Of a stretch of 64,000 nucleotides of DNA, positions 13,042 through 25,951 are shown in pieces. A program made the translations under genes and the position numbers. The notes beneath the pieces were generated by a model that saw nothing but the letters and a program-made list of their open reading frames with translations, searched no databases and had not been told where the DNA came from. Each line of letters opens with the position of its first letter. The first letter of the stretch is position 1. The DNA comes from Hypanus sabinus (lineage: Eukaryota): positions 61,442,001-61,506,000 of the forward strand of contig NC_082712.1 in the NCBI RefSeq assembly GCF_030144855.1. The letters are read 5' to 3'.

Positions 13042-13425
13042 CCTCCACGAGGACCACAACCTTGTCTTGGTTTGGAGCCTCAATGATCTGGAGAGCTATG
13101 TTGCTGGAGTGAGGGCCTTATGCTTTGGTTCCTGGTAGGGTTACTTATGCCAAACAGGTCAAAGGGTAGAGGTCAGACCAAGAGTGGTCCACTGGTCCTC
13201 TAAGTTCAGGGGTTTAGCTCAGAGTTAACAACCCCAATTGTTGTGGAATTAGCAATGAAGTATCTTTCTACATCTGAACTTGATGGTATCCCTGAGTCTC
13301 CACCCAGGACTCGTATGACTGTTAGTGATGAAAACTGAGAAGAAGCTCTGACACCGCCAGAGATGGGGGACTTTCATTGCTGCCCTAAATGCCAGAAGCG
13401 TAACAGGCAATTAGTTAGTAAGTAA
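13042..13425 (+). mobile_element. Short non-autonomous RTE-derived element (5' UTR head plus 3' tail)
   Basis: Exact 10-bp TSD acagagcaac at 13032-13041 and 13426-13435; (agta)n-like tail; related copy at ~32491-32815. Confidence 0.75.
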
Positions 13426-14242
13426 ACAGAGCAACTATGGCAACATACTTAAACTTTTGACTCTAGAGTTTCCAGCTGCATGAAAAGTCCTCCCTGCATC
13501 TAATCTGTCTAGTTTTGTTAGAATGCTATAGGCCTCTAGAAAATCCCATCTTATACTTCTAAGCCCTAACAAATACAGGCATAATCAACCCAGTCTCTCC
13601 TCATACATCAGTGTGGCCATTCCCAAATCAGACTAGTGAACTTCCTCCAAGGCAAGAATATCCTTTCTCAACAAGGCCCCATACATTTGCATCAAGTCAA
13701 GATTCCTGCTGTATTCAAGTTGACTTGCAATGAAGGCCCAAAGACATTTTTTAATTGATCCTTTACTTCATCGGCTCTTGGGGGTAAAGGGCGGAAGTGC
13801 CAGATGTTTCTTTGAAGAACTTTTCTTACGTTGTTCCTGAATGGCACGGCTTTAATCTTAACAGTTTGCCCCTTTGTCCTGGACCTGAGAAGTTTCCGTC
13901 TCCGTTAACCCAAAACTTAACCATTATGTCACAGGCTAATCTGTCTACTGAACCAATGCAGAGCAATTCCACCTGTCCTCTCTGTCTGATTACTCCACGT
14001 CCATCCACCTCCCTTAACTGTTCTACTTGATGAAATCAGAGGGCAAAACAAAGCCCGTGCAGTCACAGGGAGAATGTGCAAAGTCTGCACAAAGTTCATC
14101 ATCCTGCAGCAGCTAAATTAAATCGTTCCTTTAATTTTCCATTCCCAAAGTTACTCGGAAAAATACATTCCCATACTTTTAGTTGACATTACTCTTCTTT
14201 CTGACATTGATCACAAGTGTCCCAGTTACCTTTTGCTCTTAC

Positions 14243-14393
14243 CAGAATCTGGAGATACAAGGGGTAGCACTGTATCATAGTTGCATCTTTCCATGGCTAA
14301 GCGGAACTCCTTGAAAAACTGCTGCTTATCTGACCTTCTCAAACAATCAAGTAACTTCTCTGCTCCTGCAGTGTCACCCCTGCGTTCACAGAC
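14243..14393 (-). CDS. DDX58: RIG-I exon 4 (CARD2 C-terminal half)
   Basis: cacag|GTC...TCTG|gtaag; 151 nt. VCERRGDTAGAEKLLDCLRRSDKQQFFKEFRLAME versus human [35 protein letters not shown]. Confidence 0.92.
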
Positions 14394-15583
14394 CTGTGTA
14401 AACATTTGACAAGTCAGAATCCTCCGTTTTTATTTGGTCATTTACGAGAAGTGGGGCTGAAGGACTGGGAGATGTTACAAAGGAAAAGTGGCTAGGGCTG
14501 CACTCCAGCTAGGTTACACGTACAAAAGGCTGGTTATTCTTCTGTTGTAGTTCACCTCTCACCTGCTAGCTGACGCTCTGTTTGGGCTTTGCCCAGACCA
14601 TTCACCTCATGACCTCACCACACTCATGATCTGATGGTGGACCAGTGACCGAATCTTAGACATGAAGTGAGAGCCACAGTAATATTGAGGCAATGTTTGT
14701 CTGGGTGAGGAATCGAGGAGCCCTGGTAGAGCCAGGCATCATAGGGAACACACTTCAATGTTTGGACTTATGCCTCACAGAAGGAAGACTGTCCTTGTTG
14801 GTGGACAAACATCCCAGACCTAGAGTTCCTCTGGGGATATTCCTTGGCCAACTGTTTTTCAGTGCCCCATACTTTTCATCACAGAATCAAAGCTGATGAC
14901 AATCTTAGCAAATGAAGCCTCTTGTGCTTGCATGCCCAAGCCAACATCTAAGCATGGGCTAAGAAATTGTAAGTAACTTCCACATAACAAAAATGACAGG
15001 CAAAAAAAGAGAGCTTAACCAACTATCCTTGATATTCAGTGCCTCAACCAGCATGATCAGGAACTCAGCTGGGCTAGTCACATCTTTCTGTAGCCACAAG
15101 AGGTAGGTACCCTGTGGCAAAAAACTCACTTAACACAGCTGAAAACTTTCCCACCTTTTACAAGGCACAAGTCAAGAATACATTGGTATGTATCCCACTT
15201 GCCCACATGAATCCAGTTACATCATCTATCATTAAACTCAACACTACCCAAGTCAAGATGGCCCACTTGATTAGGATCCTATGAAACACCATTAGCTACG
15301 CAGCAGTGGATCAACAAAGTGCTGTGCTGTTACTTACTACACTGACAAAAACTCCAAAACTTGTGATTTCTACTACTAAAGAAAAGGACAGCGTGCATTT
15401 GTGGATCGCCTTACTGGCCACACATCATCCTGATTTAAAAGCATCATCACTGGGTGTAAATCCTGGAACTACCTGCCAAATTGCACCAGGGAAGTACCTA
15501 TCAGCAGAAAGATTGCTTAGGTTCAAGGTAGTCACTTTTCGGGGGCAATAAATGTTGGCATTACAAGTGACATCGAGTAATGA

Positions 15584-15859
15584 GGCAGCGCGGTAGCACA
15601 GTGGTTAGCACAACGTATTACAGTACAGGTGATCAGGGTTCAATTCCCGCCACTGCCTGTAAATAGTTCTCCCTGTGGGCTTCCTCTGGGTGCTTAGGTT
15701 TCCTCCCACAGTCCAAAGACGTACTGGTTGGTAGGTTAATTGGTCATTGTAAATTGTTATGTTATTATGCTCTGATTCAACTGAATGATTGCTGGACTTG
15801 AAGGGCCAGAAGGGCCTATTCTGCATTGCATCCCGATAAATAAATCAATCAATCAATCT
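15584..15859 (+). mobile_element. tRNA-derived V-SINE (HE1-like)
   Basis: A-box tagcacagtgg, B-box ggttcaattcc, V-domain-like ggtttcctcccacagtccaaagac, (taaa/tcaa)n tail. Confidence 0.8.
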
Positions 15860-16239
15860 AGATCCTCAAAAAGAGATTATATTTTATATTAAAAAAAATG
15901 TGCCAAAGAGAGACATGCTAGAAAGGACAAAGCCCCAGGCAGTGACAGAGGTTAGGAAGAAGAAGTAATTAGAAAGATGGAGCGGATTAGGGAAGGAATT
16001 CCAGAGTTCAGACTAATGCAAAATAATCAGATCCATTTCTGAGGCCTGTTAACAGAAGGAATTGAAAAATGTGAAAAAATTTTATCTTTACATACTCCTG
16101 TGATTTTCATACCTGCGTCACTTATGGCAAGGTCCTAAATATGAAGCAGTTATTTCCTGGACAATATCAGAAGGCAAACTTAGACAACATTAACTATCAC
16201 CCATCAACTTCCCCACGTCCTTTAAGCATTTAGGAGTAC

Positions 16240-16418
16240 CTTTTTAATTTCTTCCTCTTCTCTGGGCAGTAGACACTGCATGTGTAAAATAACATCATTT
16301 GGTTTTATGTTAGAAACAATTGTTTGAGAAACACGATTCAGAAGCTCTTTATTCTCCCGCAACTTTTCAATTTCAGAAAAATCGGCTTTCTCAATGGCAT
16401 CCTGCAGACCCGTGTAAC
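16240..16418 (-). CDS. DDX58: RIG-I exon 3 (CARD1/CARD2)
   Basis: ttttcag|GT...AAG|gtactc; 179 nt. GYTGLQDAIEKADFSEIEKLRENKELL versus human [27 protein letters not shown]. Confidence 0.93.
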
Positions 16419-17702
16419 CTGAAAACAGAGCATACATAGAATGGTCATGGCTAGTTGGGTGCATTACCAGCACTTCAGCAAGTCCTCAGCCGTACAAGCT
16501 TTCACATTCATCCCCAGGACATTATTAGGCATGTAAAAAATGGTACAAGGTTTGATATTTTTTCCGTTCAGTAAATCATAATGATTACTTGATTCTCTGG
16601 GAATCATCAGAGTGCAGTACCTAATCAACCAATTAACTCTGGGACATTCCACCCAAGTCAAACAGTCTGGAGTAGACCATTCAGTTCCTCATTTAAGATG
16701 ATAATAAAATCCATCATCCTGATTTCATTTTCCTAAATCATTCCTATATTCTTTGATTCCAAAGCCTAAAATCTGATCTTGGCTTTATGCAGGAAGAGTG
16801 AGGTGTCCCAGAATGGAACACAGTAATGGTGGTTTCTGAGAAAAGTCTCACCACTCCGGTACTTTCAAGGGATTAGAATTCATCAGTCTCAGCTTTCAAT
16901 ATATTTCAGTAGCAAAGCATCTCTCTGGAATCAAGAATTTCACAGACTCACAACCAACTCACCTTACAGAAATCATTCTCCTCTTGGTCATGAATGTTCT
17001 CCATTATAAATTCCCCAATTCCCAAAGGAAGCTCCATTTTAACAAAACTCTTCAAGAGAACAGATTCCCATTTACTTATGAATTCTCATTTACATTCTCA
17101 ACCATTTCTCCCAAACATGATCATACCCTTTCTTGCTCTCCTCAGGCCCAAGCAGTACACTATATCCATTTCTGACCTTGTCCACTAATAATTATAGTAT
17201 TGGTCAAGTTGCTAGTGCAGAATGTATCTCTTAAATGGACACTTTGGTAAACAATTTGTCTTTAATATCGGAGCATTGCAAACATCATAAAAAGACTTGC
17301 CTTTCTACAGCATTTTCCATGTCCTCAGGACATCCTAAAGAACTTCCCAATCAACGAAGTGCTGTCAAAGTACCAGACAAGTACCAGAAAAGTAACCAGA
17401 CAATTTGTATGCCACCAGCTCCCACAAGTAGTAAAGTGATGATCACTGCATTGTTGTTTTGAAAACAATGAATAAATATTAGCCCTGATGTTGGGGCAAA
17501 CTCCCTGCTCTTCTTTGAAAGACTACTTTAAAGTATTTTATGCCTTTCTAGAAGACCAGATGTAACCATCATTCCCAGATGAAAGATGGCACCTCTGATC
17601 AAAAAGATACTGGTTTGTTCACCAAGTCTTTTAAAATTTTCATTTGATTATAATAATTAGAAGCATATAGATGTGATTTTTAGGCAATTACAGCTCACTT
17701 AC

Positions 17703-17834
17703 CCACAGCTCTCAATTCATCTAAAAATGCTTGATACCATCCCCTTTCTTCTAGCTTAATCAAGCATTTTAAAAATTTTTCTGCCGAAGATGTGAAAGAT
17801 GTTTCTTCCAGGGATAAGATTTCTTCAATCTCAA
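17703..17834 (-). CDS. DDX58: RIG-I exon 2 (CARD1)
   Basis: ccccag|TT...GTGG|gtaagt; 132 nt. FLKCLIKLEERGWYQAFLDELRAVG versus human [25 protein letters not shown]. Confidence 0.93.
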
Positions 17835-17872
17835 CTGGGGATAGGAACAGTGTTAGTCTTTGTAAAACTTAA

Positions 17873-18882
17873 TAAGTTCAAAGTAAATTTATTACCAAGG
17901 TACGCATAGATCACCATATTCATTTTCCCAAGATACATTTTCTTGTGGGCATACACAGTAAGTCCAAGAAACACAATAGATTCAATGGAAGACCACACCC
18001 AACAGGACAAACAACTAATGTGCAAAAGACAACTTGCAAATACAAAAGAGTGTGTAAATAAATAAGTAAGAAAGCAATAAATATCAAGAACGTGAGCCAA
18101 AGAGTCCTGGAAAGTGAGTCCACAGGTTGTGAAAGCAGTTCAGCAATGTTGGGACAAGTGAAGTTATCCCTACTGGTACAAGAGCCTGATGGTCAAGGGG
18201 TAATGGCTCTTTCTAAACCTGGTGGTGTGGATCCTGAGGCTCCTGTACCTTCTTCCTGGATGCTGAAGACAAAAATTTTAAAATAACTTACAAACAATAG
18301 ACACTAATATATTACCTAGGATATCTAGGATAAAACACGCCTTGACTCTGCTCTGCCGTGGTGTAAGATTAACTGTCAGTGAGGTGGCAAGAGTGGAACA
18401 TTGGAATTGTTCTGCATTGGTGAATTAAGGTAGGCCGAGCCTCCTCTCAGCCTTAAGCATCTTGCAAACTTATACACAATTTAACTTTACTGAGAGAAAT
18501 GCATATTTAACACAAACCAGTGCGCTGAAGACAACAAATTGTGCAAATGCGTAAAGATACAATAATAAATAAATAAGCGATAACTATCAAGAACATGAGA
18601 TAAAATGAGTCTATAGATTGTAGGAGCAGTTCAGTGATGGGGCAAGTGAAGTTGATTGAAGTTATCCCCTTTGGTTCAAGAACAAGATGGCTGAAGGTTA
18701 GTAAGTGTTTCTGAACCCTGTGGCGTGAGGCTTGAGGCTCCTGTACCTTCTTGCTGATGGCCTGTGAGGTGCGGCCCCTGATGACAGATGCTGCTTTCCT
18801 ACAACAATGTTCCATGTAAATATGTTCAATGATGGGGAGGGCTTTACCTGTGATGGACTGGGCCATATCCAGTCTTTTTTGT
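17873..18882 (-). mobile_element. Two short LINE 3'-end fragments (Rex1/Babar-like), ~17873-18260 and ~18508-18882
   Basis: AQSITGKALPIIEHIYMEHCCRKAASVI C-terminal motif; the two fragments resemble each other and end in aataa-rich tails. Confidence 0.6.
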
Positions 18883-18969
18883 AATCTGAAAGGTTAAAGT
18901 GAATGCTACTTAATATAGATGGGACTTATCCCAAGCTACTGAGCGAGGTGGAAATATCTAAGTGCTACA

Positions 18970-19781
18970 CCTGGCCATACACCTCCTCCCTTACCTCCAT
19001 TCAGGGCCCCAAACAGTCCTTCCTTGACAAATAAGAGAGAATCTGCAGATGCTGGAAATCCAAGCAATATACACAAAATGCTGGAGGAACTCAGCTGATC
19101 AGGCAGCATCTAAAAAGAGTGAACAGTTGACAGTTTTCCATAGATGCTGCCTGGCCTGCTGGGGCCATCTATTGTGCTTGATGCTCCCAGTGCAGCCTCC
19201 TCCACATTGGTGAGACCTGTGGGAAATTGAGGGGCCGCTTCGTTGAGCACCTCACACCGTCTGCCACCAGCGGAACTTCCTAGTGGTCAAACATGTTTTA
19301 TTCCGATTCCTATTCCTTTTCTAATCTGCGATCCATGGCCTCCTCTTGTGTCAAGATGAGGCCACCCTCAGGGCGGAGGAGCAACACCTCATATTCTGTC
19401 TCATCCCTTACAACCTGAAGGCATAAATGTCGATTTCTCCATCTGGTGAGCAATCTACCCTCTCCCCCACCTTCTTCTATTCCCATCGCTGATCTCTCAC
19501 TTCTTCTCATCTGCCTATTAGGTACCCCGAGTCCCTTTCTCCTATTGTCCACTCTCCTCTCCCATCAGATTCTTTCTTCTCCTGCCCTTGACCTTTCCCA
19601 CCCACCTGGCATCACCTATCTCCTTCCAGCTGGCTTTCACCTCTCCCCCACCTTTTAATTTAGGCATCTTTCTTCCCCTTTCCCTTTTCCCTTCCCCTTT
19701 CTTCCCAGTCGACTGTTTACTCTTTTCCATAGATGCTGCCTGACTTGCCGAGTTCCTCCAGCATTTTGTGTGTGTTGCTTC
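18970..19781 (+). mobile_element. Penelope-like element remnant (GIY-YIG region plus terminal repeat) with an inverted terminal piece at ~19035-19160
   Basis: Similar to 41445-42110; decayed HIGET..RFVEHL motif; terminal repeat ...gagttcctccagcattttgtgtgtg. Confidence 0.7.
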
Positions 19782-19824
19782 AGAGTCTATTGATATCAGG
19801 AAATGTAGCAGCAAGTTCATGGAC

Positions 19825-22800
19825 CCTATACAGATTTACAGAGGAGGAGATGTTCGCTGTTTTGAGGAAAATTAGGGTGGATAAGTCCCCAGAGCCTGAC
19901 AAGGTGTTTCTTTGGACCCTGTGGGAAGCTAGTGTAGAAACTGTAGAGACCCTAGCAGAGATATTTAAAAGACCCTTAGCCATGGGGGAGGTGCTGGAAG
20001 ATTGGAGGACAGATAATGTTGTTCTCTTGTTTAAGAAAGGCTCTAAGAATAAGCGTGGAAATTATACCCAGTGATTCTGACATCCGTAGTGAGAAAATGA
20101 TTGAAAAGTATTCAAAAGGGACTGGATATATGAGTATTTGGGTAGACAGGGACTGATTAGGGATACTCAGCATGGCTTTGTGTGTGGTGTCTAACCAAAT
20201 TTACAGAGCTTTTAAAAAAGTTATCAGGCAAAGTGATGAAGGCAAGGCAATAGATATTGTCATCATGGACTTTAGCAAGCCTTTGACAAGGTCCGGCATG
20301 GGAGGTAAGTCAAGAAGGCTTAGACGCTTAGCATTCAAGATGAGGTAGTAAATTGGATTAGGCATTGGCTTCATGGAAGAAGCCAGGGAGTGGTCATATA
20401 TGGTTGCCTCCCTGACTGGAGGCCTGCGACTAGTGGTGTGCTATAGGAATTGGTGCTGGGTCCTTTGTGTTTGTCATCTGTATCGACAATCTGGATGATA
20501 ATGCGGTTAACTCGATCAGCAAATTTATGGATGAACCGTCACTGGGATGTAGTGGATAGTGAGAAAGACTGTCAAAGCTTGCAGTGAGATCCAGACCAGT
20601 GAGAAAAATGGGGTGGAAAATGGCAGATGGAATTTAGTGTAGGCAAATATGAGGTGTTGAACTTTAGGAGGAATAAGAGGAGTTGAACGGTAAGGAATTA
20701 AGGAGTGCGGTAGAATAGAGGGATCTGGGAATACAGATTTCATAATTCCTTGAAATTAGCATCACAGGTAGATAAGGTCATAAAGAAAGCTTTTTGCACA
20801 TTGGCCTTCATAAATCAATGTGTTGAATACAGGAGTTGGCATGATATGTTGACAGTTTATAAGACAATGGTGAGGCATACTTTGGAGTTTTGTGTCCAGC
20901 TTTGGTCACCTACCTACAGGAAAGATGTCAATAAGATTGAAAGAATGCAAAGGAAATTTGCAAGGATGTTGCCAGGACTTGAGTACTTGAGTTAGGACTA
21001 GAATGTAGAAGATTGAGCAGAAATTTGATAGAGATAAAATACATCTAGAGCAGCTTAGAGCAGTTTGTTATTGAGCCTACTAGGGGATCAGCTACATTGG
21101 ATTGGGTGTTATATAATGAACCAGAGGTGAATAGGGAGCTTAAGGTAAAGGAACCCTTAGGAGCCAGTTCAACTTGAAATTTGATAGAGTATGAGAGAGG
21201 AGTTGGCCAAAGTAAATTTGAAGGAAATGCTGGCAGGGATGACAGCAGAACAACAATGGCTTGAGTTTCTGGGAAAAAGTGAGATGGTGCAGGATAGATC
21301 TATTTTAAAAACAAAGAAATACTCAAATGGCAACATTTTCAACTGTGGCTGACAAAGAAACACAAAGCTAATGTAAAAGCAAAACAGTGGGAATACAACA
21401 AAGCTAAAATTAATGGGAAGGTAGAGGACTGGAAAACTTTTAAAACCCTACAGAGTGTAATTAAGAGGATCATTAGGAGGGAATAGATAAAATATTTAAG
21501 GAAGCTAGCAAACAATTATCAAGACAGAAAATGTTTTTGCAAGTATGTAAAAAATAAGAGAGAAGTGACAGTGGATATAGGACCACTAGAAAATGAGGCT
21601 GGAGAAGTAATAATGGGGGACAAGGACATGGCAGATGAACTAAATGAGTGTTTTGCATCAGTCATCACTGTGGGAGACACAAGCAGTGTGCCAGATGTTG
21701 AAGAAGTGAGGGAAGAGAAGTGAGTGCAGTTACTATTACAAGGAAGATGGTGCTTAAAAAGCTGAAAGACCTAAGGGTATGTAAGTCACCCAGACCAGAT
21801 GAACTACACCCTAGCATTCTGAAAGAGGTAGTGGTAGAGATTGTGGGGGCATTAGTAATGATCTTTCAAAAACCATTGGATTCTGGCATGGTTCCAGAGG
21901 ACTGGAAAATTGCAAATATCACTCTACTCTTTAAGAAAGGAGGAAAGCAGCAGAAAGGAAAGTATAGATCAGTTAGCCTGACCTCAGTGGTTGGGAAGAT
22001 ATGAAGTCTATAGTTAAGGATGAGGTTATGGAGTACTTGGTGACACAGGACAAGATAGGACAAAGTCAGCATGGTTTCCTTGAGGGAAAATCTTGCCTGA
22101 TGAATCTGCTGGAATTCTTTGAGGAGATTACAAGTAGGATAGATAAAGGGGATGCAATGGATGTTGTATATTTAGATTTTCAGAAGACCTTTGGCAAGGT
22201 CCCACACAAGAGGCCGCTTACCAAGTTTAGAGCCCATGATATTAAAGGAAAGTTACTGGAACGGTTAGAGCATTGGCTAATTGGTAGAAGGCAGTGAATG
22301 GGACTAAAAGGATCCTTTTCTGGTTGACTGCCAGCGATTAGTGGTGTTTCATAGGGGTTGGTGTTGGGACTGCTTCTTTTTATGCTGTACATGAATGATT
22401 TAGGTGATGGAATAGATAACTTTGTTGCCAGATTTGGAGACGATATGGAGATTGGTTAAGGAAACTATGTTTGTAGAAGACTGCAGAAGGACTCAGCCAA
22501 TTTAGGAGAATGGGCAAAAAAGTGGCCAATGAAATACAATGTTGGAAAATGCATAGTCATGCACTTTTGTAGTAGAGATAAATGTGCAAAAATCTGGGAT
22601 GTAAAGAGACTTGGGAATCCTTGTGCAGAACCCCCTAAAGGTTAACTTGCAGGTTAAGTTGGTGGTGAGGAAGGCAAATGCAATGTTACCATTCATTTCA
22701 AGAAGTTTGGAATATAAAAGCAAGGATGTGATGCTGAAGCTTTACTGGTGAGGCCTCACCTTGAGTATTGTTAATAGTTTTGAGCCCCTTATGTAAGAAG

Positions 22801-23670
22801 ATATGTTGGCATTGGAGCAGATTCAGAGGCAGTTCATAAGGATGATTCCAGGAATGAAAGGGTTATCATATGAGGAAGTTTTGATGGCTCTGGGCCTGTA
22901 CTCATTGGTATTTAGAAAGATGAGGGGGGATTCTCATTGAAACATTTTGTATGTTGAAAGGCCCTGACAGAGTAGATGAGAAAAGGATATTTCCCATGGT
23001 GGGGAAGTCTAGGACAAGAGGGCACAGTCTCAGGGTAGAGGGGCACCATTTAAAATAGAGATGCGGAGAAATTTCTTTAGCCAGAGGGTGGTGAACTTGT
23101 GGAATTTATTACCACTGGCAGCTGGGAAGGCCAGGTCGTTGGGTGTATTTAAGGCAGAGCTTAATAGGTTCCTGATTGGCCATAGCATCAAAGGCTACGG
23201 GGAGAAGGCTGAAGAGGGGGCTGAGGAAATGAATAAAGGATCTGCCGTGATTGAATTGCAGAGCAGACTCGATGGGCCAAATAGCCTAATTCTGCTCCTG
23301 TCTTATGGTCTAAAATTATGAGGGGTATATATAGGGCCTTTTGCAAGCAGACCTTTTCCACTGAATTTGGGTGAGACTCCAACTGGAGGTCATGGATTAA
23401 GGGTGAAAGGTGAAATGTTTAAGGACAACATGAAGGGGAACTTCTTCACTCCAAGGGTGTTGAGAGTGTGGAATGAGCTGCCAGCACAAGTGGTGGATGT
23501 GGGCCAGGTCGATTTCAACACTTAAGAGAAATTTGGACAGGTACATGGATGAGAAGGGTATAGAGGACAATGGTTCGGGCGCAGGTCGAAGGGACTAGGC
23601 AGTATAATGGTTTGGCATACAGACCAGATGGGTCAAGGTTCTTGTTTTTGTTCTGTAGTGCTCTGGCTCG
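19825..23670 (+). mobile_element. Degraded CR1 LINE (19825-21040 plus 23311-23670) with a second CR1 nested at ~21041-23310
   Basis: RT fragments (DKSPEPD; LEFCVQLWSP; HGFLEGKSCL). The outer element resumes after the inner tail ttatggtct; aaaat occurs at both junctions. Confidence 0.8.
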
Positions 23671-25487
23671 AATCTTCCAATCCTGCTGAATCAGCAGGGG
23701 GTTGGGAAGGGTTTAAAAAAGTGTTAACAACATGCCTCGTAGGGCCATGCTGGTCAATTTACTTCAGTTAAGGGAAAACTTCCAAAATGTAAAATCAAAA
23801 GCAAATTAATAGGCATTTGAATTAATAGTCAGTGAGGGTATATGAAGCAAACCTCTTTCTGACTAGCTGGATTGAACATAATGATGAGGAAAGCAGAATG
23901 CTAATTGAGGAAGTGTCATAGATATTGTTCACAGTGGGTTTCAGAAAGTGAAAGGAAGTTGAATCCAATGACAAAGTAGAGCATCACGATAGACAATTAT
24001 TTTCAGAATGAACGATGGTATATTCCCTGGGTAGGTGCTGAGAGTAGAGCTTTAGATATTTACTGATGACTTAGAGATAAGTGTAGGGGGAAATTTTCAA
24101 TATTTGTTAACAATCCAAAACTTGGAGCTGTGGTAAACATTGAAATGCAAGAGAATTTCAATAGGCTGGCAAAATGGGCAGAACTCTGGCTATGAGCACA
24201 ATCTCATTGAATGAATGAAGAGCATTTCCCATATCTTGAAAGCTTGATCTCATTGAAGCCAGATATTAACTAACTTCATCAGTCTGTTCAATCTGCCAGT
24301 CCAGCCTTTTGGTCAATTAAGGAAAAGGGTTCTGGAAGATAAGACCTCAAATCTGGCACAAATTTGACAGTCTATTGCACAGCAGTGAGACCTAAATGCT
24401 TCAGCTACAAGACTAACCATAACAGGCATCTGAATGCTCTGGAAATTTAGGGAAAAGTGAAGCAATATTAGTGGCCTCTTCCAGACAAAAACCGAGCATT
24501 GAAGTTCTGGTTGGCACAGAATTTCACAGACCACATCACTGTTGTGCCCAATCCTAGACTGAAACAGACACCCTATTCCAAGCTTTTTAATGGGTGAAGG
24601 TTACCAAGCAGACAGAGAAAAAGATACAAGGATGGGTTCAAATCAGTTTGAAGTATTTACTCTTGGCAATCTCTGACCCATAACCGTTCAAATTGGAGGA
24701 ATATTCAGGATGGCAATGGAACTTCCAGGCTATGCACTGGGAGCAGAGAAGCTGACATAGCAAGACATGGACTATATTAAAAGTACTCTCCAGCTACCAG
24801 TTATCCCGTCTATGGAAGATCTGGCCTCAGTAACCATTTCAGAACTCATAAGTGTGGAAGTCATCATCCTAAGGCCTTGCCAAGAAACATGAGGATCTTG
24901 AATATATATTTTCAATCGTGGACAGGAACAGATGAAGGTGGGACAGAAATTACTAAAGTGATTTTGGATTCTAGATCTTAGGACCGCATTAGTCGTACTG
25001 AAGCTGACCACTAAGCCAAAATTGGTACTGCATCTATTTCTGGTCATTATCTTAGAAATTCTCGGGGTCTTGGAAAGGGATATACTAGAAAGGCTGCAAA
25101 GCTTATTTTTGCACATCATTGTAGGCCAAAGGGCATGATCCTGTGTTTGACTCTTGTATGGGGTGATTCAAGGTCAGTGTAGAAGCTGGAGTAGTTATCC
25201 TTGGATAAAATTCATGAGAGACTTGACAGATCACAGTGATTTTATGAGGTAAATACGACGAACTATTAATTGGTCCAAGATTTAGAAAGGGTACATTTAT
25301 AGTGATGGGGGATTCTCTCTCCCCCCTCCCCCGCACTGTTTTCAATTGCCCATGGTGGGTTAAATGACTGTAAAAGACATGTTGAGGTGAGTTTAACAGG
25401 TGTCATTCGTTCATCAGCACAGCTAACATTATTTAAACTAGCTAGCTAGCTGTTAAGAGCCACTCCACAAGGAATACGCAACAAGAA

Positions 25488-25513
25488 GTGTGTGCGCGCG
25501 CACGCGCGCGTGC
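25488..25513. repeat. 26-bp alternating purine-pyrimidine tract (Z-DNA prone)
   Basis: gtgtgtgcgcgcgcacgcgcgcgtgc in DDX58 intron 1. Confidence 0.7.
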
Positions 25514-25951
25514 CTATAGTTTCAATGTGTCATCAAATAAATTGTTGTGTTCTTTCATAATCAAATGTCCTGTATACATACACCCTTGGAGGTCGACCGG
25601 GAGGGTGGATATGGGGTTGCAGGGGGCGGCGGTGGTGGTGCTACCTCCCTGCAATGAGTTTTTGCAGGGTGGGATGTATGCGAGTAGCACTTCCTTTACG
25701 TGAAACACATGAGGAGTGATTTCACTGGGTACTCTTCGATCGGCGCCTGCCTACGATTGGATGAAACCGCCCCTTTCTGGAGCAAAACCGGGTCGGAAGC
25801 GGGTGAAGTTGGGTGAAAAACAGTTCTTTCACTCAGCACGATGTTTTTTTTACTGCTAAACAGGCTCGGGTAAAAAAATGAAACAAGCATATTTCAAAAA
25901 CATCACCTGTATATTCAAGTATATAGGATATATATCACATAAAAAACAAAC

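Noticed and set aside
14230-14242. Alternative RIG-I exon 4 donor (AAG|gtaac)
   Set aside because: It adds 13 nt and breaks the frame with exon 5.
15584-15660. tRNA gene
   Set aside because: The A/B boxes run into a SINE body and tail repeated several times in the window; no complete cloverleaf.
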